DNA of 62,868 bases, the filler included, from an uncultured Acidimicrobiales bacterium (lineage in GTDB: Bacteria; Actinomycetota; Acidimicrobiia; Acidimicrobiales; UBA10347), in the NCBI GenBank assembly GCA_943788915.1. It is 2 parts of 2 records of this genome, joined end to end, with 100 filler letters (N's around TTAATTAATTAA, not from the genome) between each part and the next. Parts side by side here need not be neighbours in the genome. Positions count along the whole stretch, not along the records: positions 1 to 31,962 come from CALSSD010000027.1; 1 more part is not named here. One strand, written 5' to 3'. The translations under genes and the position numbers were made by a program. Shown here piece after piece: positions 1 to 8,394 of this stretch; within the stretch, counting starts at the first letter, position 1; the number at the start of each line of letters is the position of its first letter. Under the pieces are notes generated by a model. It was not told where the DNA came from and made no database searches. It worked only from the letters and a program-made list of their open reading frames with translations.

Positions 1-578
1 GTCTTGTTCGATCGTTTCTGGCCTTTGAAATCGACTTCGGCGTTTCGGCCCTTGAACCCGTTCCCATCGCCCTGGTCGTCGTTGCTGGGGTTGGTGGGTT
101 TGAAGCTCTTGTTCGACGCCCACGCCTGCAACAGGGTCCCGTCAACACTGAAATGCTCCGAGGACATGTAGCGACGCAACTTCGCCTGGTGCACCACCGC
201 AGCGAAGAACTGGTCGGCGATCTGGTGATCCAACAGCCGTTGGCGGTTCTTGGTGAACGTCGTTGGATCGAACGCTTTCCCGTCGATCGGGATGTCGAGG
301 AACCATTTGAACAACATGTCGTAGTTCAGCCGTTCGCAGAACGCCCGCTCCGAACGCATCGAGTACATCGCCATCAACACCGTCGACTTCAACAGGGTTT
401 CGGGCGGCACCGACCGGCGACCCGCCGACGCATACATCGCGTCGAACTCGCCGTCCATGCCCGCCAGCACCTCGTCCACCACCACCCGGATACGCCGGAT
501 CGGATGATCCGGCGGGATCAAATCCTCGGTCGACAACGACGACAACATCGACAACTGACGATCAGGAGTTCCACGCAT
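1..578 (-). CDS. IS5-family (DUF772-type) transposase, N-terminal part; absent from ORF track
   Basis: Own translation: MRGTPDRQLSMLSSLSTEDLIPPDHPIRRIR...GRRSVPPETLLK...SERAFCERLNYDMLFKWFLD...FDPTTFTKNRQRLL...HFSVDGTLLQAWAS. Confidence 0.92.
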   Translation of the reverse strand, partial: MRGTPDRQLSMLSSLSTEDLIPPDHPIRRIRVVVDEVLAGMDGEFDAMYASAGRRSVPPETLLKSTVLMAMYSMRSERAFCERLNYDMLFKWFLDIPIDGKAFDPTTFTKNRQRLLDHQIADQFFAAVVHQAKLRRYMSSEHFSVDGTLLQAWASNKSFKPTNPSNDDQGDGNGFKGRNAEVDFKGQKRSNK

Positions 579-632
579 CACCCCAGCATGACGAAAACCG
601 AACCAGATCGCGAGCCCTTTTTCAGCACCCTG
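1..632 (-). mobile_element. IS5/IS1182-type insertion sequence, left end (runs off the window)
   Basis: Minus-strand end CAGGGTGCTGAAAAAGGGCTCG abuts CTAG (633-636), a typical end and target for this IS group; transposase starts 54 nt inside. Confidence 0.85.
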
Positions 633-873
633 CTAGCTCAGGGCCAAGCGACGCAAGCACGATGTCGATCGCCTGTCCCCGATCGGCGGGCAGGTAGTCG
701 GCCATCGCTGCTGCGATCTGTTTGCAGCGTGGTGTCAGCTCAAGGTCGTTGAAGCCGGCGAGCGCCTGGGATGTAAACCCGGCGTCATCGAAATCAGCGT
801 GTACCGCGGCTAATGCCAGCGCAACACCATGCACCATCTCGGGCCCAAACATGTTCTTCAGCGGCTCTGCCAT
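633..873 (-). pseudogene. DNA alkylation repair protein (COG4335-like) 5' part, interrupted by the IS
   Basis: MAEPLKNMFG...LELTPRCKQIAAAM N-terminus resembles this family; the frame runs into the IS at CTAG. Confidence 0.7.
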
Positions 874-890
874 CCACGCAGTCTGCTCCG

Positions 891-925
891 CTAAACATGA
901 CGGTGCCAGGCACCATCATGTTTAG
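891..925. repeat. REP-like palindrome, core GGTGCC-A-GGCACC
   Basis: CTAAACATGA-C-GGTGCC-A-GGCACC-A-TCATGTTTAG, intergenic. Confidence 0.75.
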
Positions 926-980
926 GAAACGACGCCGTGCTCGAGCAGCTGGTTTGGGAGCGGGCGCAAGGACTGGCAGC

Positions 981-1802
981 ATGGCGGCCGTGGCATATCA
1001 GTTCGATGAAGAGACAGCGCTCGTTCCGATCGACGACACCCACTGGCAGACACACCTGACCAGTGACTGGAACATCGGCGACAATCCCAACGGCGGCTAC
1101 CTGCTCGCGCCACTGGCCAAGGCCATGCAGTCCGTCTCTGGTCACGCTGACCCTCTGTCGATCACCACTCACTATCTTCGACCGGGCACGGGTGATGCAC
1201 CCGCCGAAATCGAAGTCGAAATGATTCGAACCGGTCGCAGGATCGGCACTGTGCGAGGTCGCCTCGTCCAGGCTGGCAAGACCCGTATCGAGTCCATTGC
1301 CGCGTTCACTGACCTCACCGATGCCGAAGCAGTCGTCGACATCGACACACCGGTGGCACCTATCCCCGATCCCGACGATTGTGTGTCCCGCACCGACCTG
1401 GAACAAGGCGTGGTTCTGCCCATCATGAGTCGCCTCGACGTACGTATTCACCCCGACCATGCTGTTGCCGGGTCTGGTCGCGAGGCCGCAATCACCGGCT
1501 GGATCCGGTTTAGCGACGGCCGTCCTGTCGATGCCCACTCGCTGCCGCTCTTCGCCGACGCATTTCCCCCGCCACTCTTCTCAAAGGTTGGCTTCATCGG
1601 CTGGGTGCCCACGATCGAGCTCACCGTGCATGTGCGTCGCCGCCCGGTCGAAGGCTGGATCCGCGGCCACTTCCGCACCACCGATGCCGCCGGTAATCGC
1701 ACGATCGAAGACGGTTGGTTGTGGGACGAATCAGGCGCACTTGTGGCCGTAGCCCGCCAGGTCAAACTTGTGCTTTCAGCTCAGCCAGACGCACCCCGCT
1801 AG
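981..1802 (+). CDS. thioesterase family protein (double hotdog fold)
   Basis: WNIGDNPNGGYL, LFADAFPPP, WVPTIELTVH motifs; start placed at ATG 981. Confidence 0.85.
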   Translation: MAAVAYQFDEETALVPIDDTHWQTHLTSDWNIGDNPNGGYLLAPLAKAMQSVSGHADPLSITTHYLRPGTGDAPAEIEVEMIRTGRRIGTVRGRLVQAGKTRIESIAAFTDLTDAEAVVDIDTPVAPIPDPDDCVSRTDLEQGVVLPIMSRLDVRIHPDHAVAGSGREAAITGWIRFSDGRPVDAHSLPLFADAFPPPLFSKVGFIGWVPTIELTVHVRRRPVEGWIRGHFRTTDAAGNRTIEDGWLWDESGALVAVARQVKLVLSAQPDAPR

Positions 1803-1879
1803 AGCCCGGACGAACGCGCGACTCTGCGTAGCCCGCAACATCTAACCCGTCCTCGTTCGCGCTCCTGTAGCGGCAACGT

Positions 1880-1906
1880 GTCATGTGGGGTCTGACCCCG
1901 CATGAC
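1880..1906. repeat. REP-like palindrome, core GGGGTC-T-GACCCC
   Basis: GTCATG-T-GGGGTC-T-GACCCC-G-CATGAC between convergent genes. Confidence 0.7.
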
Positions 1907-1942
1907 GAGCGACGCTGCACAACACGACCCAGCAACTGTTGG

Positions 1943-2776
1943 TTAGACGACGGCGTTTGCCAGTTCAGCGACGTGGGCCAGGCCCGCTCGATGATCGGCA
2001 AGGTTGCGGCTGCTGATGCCGACGATGAGTTCGTCGGCACCAGCCTGGCGCCAGGCATCGATCGAAGCGGCATCAGGCAACGAGGTGACATCGACTCGGG
2101 GTGCAATCGTCAGGCTCTCGCGCTCACGGTCGTTTGCCTCGAGCGCTTGAAGCATCGCCGGCATACGGCGTTCGAGTCCTTCGACTGAAACCATCGGATG
2201 CCAACCGGTTCCATACTTCGCGGCTCGGCGACGAGCAGGAGCACCCGCGCCGCCGATCCAGACCGGCATGGTCGACTGCGCTGGCTTCGGTGACGTAATT
2301 ACATCGACGAAGTGGAAATGGTTCCCGTGGTAACTCGCGTTGTCTTCGGTCCACAACGCTTGCATGACCTCGATAAATTCATCGCCGAACGAGCCCCGCG
2401 CTTCGTAGAGAACGCCGAGCATCTCGTTCTCTTCGGGAAGGCTTCCCACACCGAGTCCTGGAACAACTCGCCCACCACTCATCAGGTCAAGCGTGGCCAG
2501 CGCCTTGGCCGCGACCATCGGATGTAGGTATGGCATGACCAGGACCGACGTACCCAGTTTGACCCGCTCGGTTCTTGCCGCGGCCCATGTGAGCACAGTG
2601 AGCGCATCGTGATACGGCGTATTGCCAAGCCGGTCAGCGATGTAACCCGCGTTGACGATGTGATGGTTGACCCATACCGAGTCGAGTCCGAGGTCCTCGG
2701 CTTCGACCGCCATGTCAGCCACGGCCACTGGATCAGCGATCCCCCAATTATTCGGAAGAATGATTCCAAACTTCAT
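1943..2776 (-). CDS. LLM-class (probably F420-dependent) oxidoreductase, Rv2161c-like
   Basis: MKFGIILP, SVWVNHH, TERVKLGTSVLV, LATLDLMSGGR, PVWIGG. Confidence 0.88.
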   Translation of the reverse strand: MKFGIILPNNWGIADPVAVADMAVEAEDLGLDSVWVNHHIVNAGYIADRLGNTPYHDALTVLTWAAARTERVKLGTSVLVMPYLHPMVAAKALATLDLMSGGRVVPGLGVGSLPEENEMLGVLYEARGSFGDEFIEVMQALWTEDNASYHGNHFHFVDVITSPKPAQSTMPVWIGGAGAPARRRAAKYGTGWHPMVSVEGLERRMPAMLQALEANDRERESLTIAPRVDVTSLPDAASIDAWRQAGADELIVGISSRNLADHRAGLAHVAELANAVV

Positions 2777-2953
2777 AACTCAGCTACTCCTGGAAATGAG
2801 GCACGAACGGATGTCGTGCCGAAACGAATGCGGCGAAAGAGTGGTCCACACACATGCATGTTTGGCGGCTTTCGCACTCGGCTGCAAGAGCGACGAACCG
2901 AGCGGTGACCAACGATAGACCGTGATCCGAGCACCTACCCGATGGACGTGGTT

Positions 2954-3970
2954 TCAGCTGGTGCCTGGTTCGGAAGGCACGTCGGTGACGACGCGCACGG
3001 TGCGTTGTGGGAACGGGATGGTGATTCCCTCGGCGTCGAAGGCTTCCTTGATCCGAAGCCGCAAGTCACGCTGTACCTGCCATTGCGACAACGGATCGGT
3101 CTTAACCACAAGCCGCAGGGTCACGGCACTCTCGCCCAGGTTCTGGATGCCTTGCACGATGGGATCGGCAATGATGGCCGCTGTCGCGCCCGACAACGAC
3201 TCCTGCCACATTGCCTCGGCTACACCGTCGAGCACGCTCATGGCCCGGCGCACATCAGTTTCGTAGGCAACGTCGACGTCGATAACACAATTCGACCACA
3301 GCTGTGAGTGGTTGCCCACCTGGCTAATCTCCCCATTGGCCAGATGCCACACGGTGCCCTCGACATTGCGCACCCGAGTTGTGCGGAGCGAGATGCTCTC
3401 GACAGTGCCAACGATCTCGCCGACCTCGATCACGTCTCCCACCCCGTACTGATCCTCGATCAGGATGAACAGGCCGGCCAGGAAGTCACGAACGATCGAC
3501 TGAGCACCGAAGCCCAGTGCGATACCCGCGACACCGGCGCCAGCAATCAGCGGTGCCAGGTTGATATCGAGTTCGCCGAGCACCAAGAGCAGGGCAACGA
3601 TCCAGATCGAAACCGAAACCACGCTCTTCAGCACGGCCTCGATGGCCTCGGCCCGGGCCGGTGCCCGATCGGCCAACGTCGAGTCACTGTTCTTGTCTTC
3701 GATACCGAGCTGACGAAGCTGGGCGAGCCGCGGATTCTGGGGAGTGTTCCGTATGCGGTCGCTCAACGAGGCGATGCCGCGGCGAGCCAGTCGGTTCAGT
3801 ACCCAGGCGATAATGATGACGATCAGGATGCGGAATGGTCGATCGATAACCCACTCGGAGAGGCCGGCCAGCGCCGCGTTGTCGGTCCACTCAAAGACGC
3901 GGGTGCACACCCGGCTGGGGTCTTCGACGCCACACGCGTCTTCAAGGCTTTCGAGTTGGAATGCCATCAT
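2954..3970 (-). CDS. mscS: small-conductance mechanosensitive channel, MscS family
   Basis: AGAGVAGIALGFGAQSIVRDFLAGLFILIEDQYGVGD and C-terminal GITIPFPQR. Confidence 0.92.
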   Translation of the reverse strand: MMAFQLESLEDACGVEDPSRVCTRVFEWTDNAALAGLSEWVIDRPFRILIVIIIAWVLNRLARRGIASLSDRIRNTPQNPRLAQLRQLGIEDKNSDSTLADRAPARAEAIEAVLKSVVSVSIWIVALLLVLGELDINLAPLIAGAGVAGIALGFGAQSIVRDFLAGLFILIEDQYGVGDVIEVGEIVGTVESISLRTTRVRNVEGTVWHLANGEISQVGNHSQLWSNCVIDVDVAYETDVRRAMSVLDGVAEAMWQESLSGATAAIIADPIVQGIQNLGESAVTLRLVVKTDPLSQWQVQRDLRLRIKEAFDAEGITIPFPQRTVRVVTDVPSEPGTS

Positions 3971-4454
3971 GTTCCTACGGCCGTTCGGGCCCGACACCGC
4001 ACATCAAAGGGCAGAGGTGATGTGCGGCCCGGGGTGGGAGCGAGTTCATGGCACATGATACCTGTCTGGGGGACATCGACTGGCGCAGCCCACCGGATGC
4101 TGCTGTGGCCTTCGGCTCGACGGTCAAAGCACCGTCAACGCACCGTCAACGCACCTCGGGTCTCTTCCCACCTCCGCAACCAAGCGAACGAGGATTTCAC
4201 TTGGGCTCTGCCCGGCACCGCTCGCCTCGAATCTCGCTCCGGAATCTTCACCGTCGAGGGCCGTAACCTGGCCGGCGAACTCCGCGAATGGGATCCCCAG
4301 ATGTGCGGCTGGGTCGGGGGGTGGGGGGGTGGGGGGGTGGGGTCGGCCAACCTTGCCAACCACCGAGTTTCGAAACGCAAGTGCGATTCCTAACAACGCT
4401 TCTAAGGAGCCCCACGTACCTATTTCGTACATCAGGCTCCTAATTTGCGTCTGG

Positions 4455-5192
4455 TCAGGGGGATTGGATCCATTGCGCTGCTTGGTAACCGAGCCAACTT
4501 CCGGGACCCAGCACACAAACCAGGAATGCAAGCGCCACAAGCGAACCCCCTGATTTTGACCGGCCGATGAAGAAAGCCGAGGCCAAACTTGCCACACCGA
4601 TGAAACCGATCGCAGCGGCCCAACCGACGCGGGCGCCGGTGGACTGATGGTCGACGACGAACGTGTTTCCTGTCACCCGCTCGGGTGTTCCAGTCCAGTC
4701 ACCTATCGCGAGCGTGACCGGTTGGGGGTATCCCTCGGACTGCAGCCTGTTGTAGGCATCCTCGTCGGCGATCTTCCACGACTCACCGGCGGAGGTCGTA
4801 CCCAACAGCACATACGTCCGACGGTTGGTCGCGTTGGTGCTTGATGTGATCTCGATGTCGATGCGTTCGACCGTGCCAGCGGTTTCAGTGGTAGGTGTAA
4901 TCGCTCCGACGCCATTGAACATGAACAGCCCGAGCACGAGGCCGACAAAGAGCCCTAGCGTCGCGAAACCCGCCAACTTCACCCATGGCGCACCCTGCTT
5001 TACGGCAGTGTCACCAACAACAACGTCTTGCACGGCAGGAGCGACTGGCGCCCCAGGAAGATTCTTACGATCGGCATGCACATAGTCGGTCCATACAGCG
5101 CCGTCGTGGTACCGCATCTGTTTCGGATTTTCGTAGTCGACATACCAGCCAGGTTTGATCACCTGCCCAAGACGCCGTAGGGGCGCGGGCAT
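4455..5192 (-). CDS. DUF2510-domain membrane protein (start uncertain, 5162 or 5192)
   Basis: PGWYVD...QMRYHDGAVWT motif followed by hydrophobic helices. Confidence 0.75.
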   Translation of the reverse strand: MPAPLRRLGQVIKPGWYVDYENPKQMRYHDGAVWTDYVHADRKNLPGAPVAPAVQDVVVGDTAVKQGAPWVKLAGFATLGLFVGLVLGLFMFNGVGAITPTTETAGTVERIDIEITSSTNATNRRTYVLLGTTSAGESWKIADEDAYNRLQSEGYPQPVTLAIGDWTGTPERVTGNTFVVDHQSTGARVGWAAAIGFIGVASLASAFFIGRSKSGGSLVALAFLVCVLGPGSWLGYQAAQWIQSP

Positions 5193-5331
5193 TACAGCTG
5201 ACCAACATCGAGAAGGTTTGGATCGCTGAGGGGCAACGCCACGGACGCACCAATCTGCTGCTCGCACCAATAGCCAGGCGGTTGTTATTGACCGCAAGGT
5301 CAAACGTGCGAAATGGCTGCGCGATTTTCCG

Positions 5332-6384
5332 GTGTTGGAGGCCGCCCATGGTCACGAGTTGACCGATGCCCACGTTGATTATCTACGTAAACATCTCGAC
5401 GGCACCTACGACACCCACACCGCGTTGGTTCACGATCAACAGTTCTTTGTTGACACCGCAGCCACCTGTTCATTCCCCGGTTTCGTGCAGGCGTGTGACT
5501 ATTGGCTTGCTCACATTGATCCCGATGGCAAAGAGCCCATCGGCCAGATCGACAAAGCGTTCTTTCGTGTCGGTAAGGGCCGCGGCGGGCGTGGTGAGCT
5601 CAAGGGCCAATGCGACGCTGTCACCGCCCAAGCCATCAACACCGCAGTGGAACACGAAGCCGAAAAACTGCGCCGGCTCGACAAGACCAACGGTGTCGAA
5701 CGCACCGATGGACAACGCAAAATGGCTGCACTCGCAACATTGGTGACACGAGGTTTCGCTCGCGAAGACGGAACCTACCCGGTGTCACTCGGCAACATCG
5801 TCATGTCGCAGAAGGTGCTCGACTGGGCACTCGGCACACTCAACGGTGACATCGAACCAACCGACACCGTGCCAGTTCACCCCACAGACATCGACGGGCG
5901 ATGCGAACTCATCGACGGCACACCCATCCACCCATTCCTCGCGGTCCACGCCCTCGGTTTGATCAACAGCAACGGTGTCGCCAACCCGGTCAACCTCCGC
6001 CGCTACATCCTCGATGCCGACAGCCGGGTCCTCGACGTATCCGTCAACGCTCGCATCTTCCCCGAATGGATGCGCACCGCCGCACTCATCCAATCACGCG
6101 GCCACTGCGAACAAAAAGGCTGCAACGCACCCCACCACTGGCTCCAAATCGACCACGTCGACCCCGTCGCCAACCACGGCCCAACCCACTTCGACAACGC
6201 CCAAACCGGATGCCGCCCCGACAACCAAGCCAAAGGTGCCACCACCGGCCACACACCGTGGCGAAACCAAACCCCACCACCACGCCGCAACCCCAGGCGC
6301 CAGCAACATCGTCCGTCCAGCAGTAGCGACACCAACGACGACCCTGACACGGAAATCGGCACCACAGACAACGACATCTTCTAG
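5332..6384 (+). CDS. DUF222/13E12-repeat HNH endonuclease-like protein, probably 5'-truncated
   Basis: C-terminal CxxxGC...QIDHVDP...GPTHFDNAQTGCRPDN HNH-like motif; ERTDGQRKMAAL DUF222-like segment. Confidence 0.8.
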   Translation: MLEAAHGHELTDAHVDYLRKHLDGTYDTHTALVHDQQFFVDTAATCSFPGFVQACDYWLAHIDPDGKEPIGQIDKAFFRVGKGRGGRGELKGQCDAVTAQAINTAVEHEAEKLRRLDKTNGVERTDGQRKMAALATLVTRGFAREDGTYPVSLGNIVMSQKVLDWALGTLNGDIEPTDTVPVHPTDIDGRCELIDGTPIHPFLAVHALGLINSNGVANPVNLRRYILDADSRVLDVSVNARIFPEWMRTAALIQSRGHCEQKGCNAPHHWLQIDHVDPVANHGPTHFDNAQTGCRPDNQAKGATTGHTPWRNQTPPPRRNPRRQQHRPSSSSDTNDDPDTEIGTTDNDIF

Positions 6385-6592
6385 ACGTCAGCTCCTACAT
6401 CGACCGCCAGCCGCCACCCTACACAACAACGAACCCGAACACCGCAGCACCCGAGGCTCCGCGGTGACTTCGGCGCGCCCCTGCTCGACAGTCTTGGCAC
6501 CTCTACAGAAGTTCGCGTGCCGCTGCTCGGGCCGTGGCGTACACGTGGTGAGCGTCGACCATGGCGAGCTCGTCAACGTCGACCACCTCGGC

Positions 6593-7321
6593 TTATGCAG
6601 GACGTTCGGCAACGAGGGTAGTCATGGTCTGTGGCGGCTGGACCAGTCCGTGGTGAAGCACGTGCTGTACATCGAGGCCGGCGTCGTGCACCAGGTCAAC
6701 AAGTTCGGTGGTATCGAAGAGGCGATACTGCAGGACATAGATGGCGCCGGTGTCCAGCTCAAACCGTTCGGTCATGATCGACGTACGGGTATCGAAGCGG
6801 CGAGTCACGGCGGTGGACCCAAGCCGTTCGCTGTCGACCAAAACGTCGAGTGCTCGATCTCGATCGGGAACTTCGATCACCAACTTCCTACCGGGGCGCA
6901 GGGCTTGGCGCGTCCGTCGGAGTAACGCCAGGTGGGGAGCATCATCGGTGGTGGCTTTGGCCAACTGACCAAAGGTGGTGAACAGACAGATCGCCAGGTC
7001 ATACCGAGCGACATCGCGCAGGTCAGCCGCGTCGATACAGATGAAGTCCGCAAACTGTTTTGCTTCAGCCGCCCGCTCACGAGCCGCCGTGATCATTGCC
7101 GAGGACGGATCAATACCCGTCACATCAGCGCCCCGAGATGCCAGTTCAATACTGTGGCGACCGAACCCACACCCAACATCGAGCACCCGGCCCGATACCG
7201 AACCAACCAACCGCTCGACCTCATCGATCTCGGCCGCGGTGCGCTCCGCCGTCAGCAACGGATGTGACAGGTACGGCGACCCATCATCGAAGAAGCCAAC
7301 AGGAGCGACGCGGTCAGACAT
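6593..7321 (-). CDS. class I SAM-dependent methyltransferase
   Basis: VLDVGCGFGRH motif I, VTGIDPS. Confidence 0.9.
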   Translation of the reverse strand: MSDRVAPVGFFDDGSPYLSHPLLTAERTAAEIDEVERLVGSVSGRVLDVGCGFGRHSIELASRGADVTGIDPSSAMITAARERAAEAKQFADFICIDAADLRDVARYDLAICLFTTFGQLAKATTDDAPHLALLRRTRQALRPGRKLVIEVPDRDRALDVLVDSERLGSTAVTRRFDTRTSIMTERFELDTGAIYVLQYRLFDTTELVDLVHDAGLDVQHVLHHGLVQPPQTMTTLVAERPA

Positions 7322-7367
7322 CTGTCAAGACTAGTGCTGTGCCTCCCAACGAGAAGTTACGTCTGGC

Positions 7368-8255
7368 CTAGTCGGGACGGGTCGGCCAGGTGATTTCAGC
7401 GATGAGGCCCCGGTGATCGCTGGCCTGCACACCGGTGATCGGTTCGTTTGCCACCACCCGACAGTCCAACACCCTGCCAACGTTCCCGGCACGACGGAAC
7501 GGATCGCCGACGAAGATGTAGTCGATACGTTTGCGATGGATGTTGAGCATCTCCGACAGCGGATGGGTGCGCCAGTCGCTGGTGTAGCCCGGCCCATCGT
7601 CACCGGCGACCGCCCATGCGTCCTGGAAGAAGGTGGTGCGTTCGTTGAAGGTCGTGAAACCTTTGAGGAAACGGATCTCATCGCTGTCGGGTTCGGCGTT
7701 GAAGTCGCCGGTCAGGATCGGAGGCATCGGCACCCGTTGCCCGCCCCACTCATAACTGTCGAGATCAGCCCGGATCTCGCGAATCAGCTTGTCGATCTCG
7801 AGCACCTGGAGTTTGCGATGCCGACCGTGTGTAGGCGCTGGCGCCAGATGGGTGGTGAAGATGTCGAGCCCGGCGGTGCGGGCATGAAGCAACTCCCACG
7901 GCATCATCGCTGGTAGTGGATCGTGGGGATCTTCAGCAGTTGGCAGCGCCCACAGATGTTGATCTTCGATAGGCCATCGGCTCAACACTGCCGAACCGAA
8001 CCGGAAGTCGGGGTTCTGTTCACCGAACGCGCCGAACCCATGGCCACCAAAGATGAAGTGATACGGCAAACCTGCCTGGCCGAGTGCTTCGACAAGCCAT
8101 TCGGTGATGCCAACGTCGGCGCTCTCGCGCCACAACTCTTGCAGACACACAACGTCGGCATCGGCCTGCAGGATCTGGGCGACGACCTCGTGGCGACGAG
8201 TCTCCCAGTCCGGTTCAAACAACGACCCGACGTTCAGCGACATAATACGAAGCAT
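7368..8255 (-). CDS. endonuclease/exonuclease/phosphatase family protein
   Basis: RIMSLNV, DVVCLQE, GDFNA, RIDYIF, SDH. Confidence 0.9.
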   Translation of the reverse strand: MLRIMSLNVGSLFEPDWETRRHEVVAQILQADADVVCLQELWRESADVGITEWLVEALGQAGLPYHFIFGGHGFGAFGEQNPDFRFGSAVLSRWPIEDQHLWALPTAEDPHDPLPAMMPWELLHARTAGLDIFTTHLAPAPTHGRHRKLQVLEIDKLIREIRADLDSYEWGGQRVPMPPILTGDFNAEPDSDEIRFLKGFTTFNERTTFFQDAWAVAGDDGPGYTSDWRTHPLSEMLNIHRKRIDYIFVGDPFRRAGNVGRVLDCRVVANEPITGVQASDHRGLIAEITWPTRPD

Positions 8256-8394
8256 CGACGGAACCTACTAGCCGCACGAGGCCTCCACCGGCGACAGAAG
8301 CTGCCCCTCCACGTTGTGGCTATCCACCCACAACACAATTAGGTTGGCGTTACGGCCCCGACCATCACCCCCCCGACCATGCAAAGGACACAAC

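Noticed and set aside
153..752. 199-aa plus-strand ORF
   Set aside because: Antisense shadow of the IS transposase
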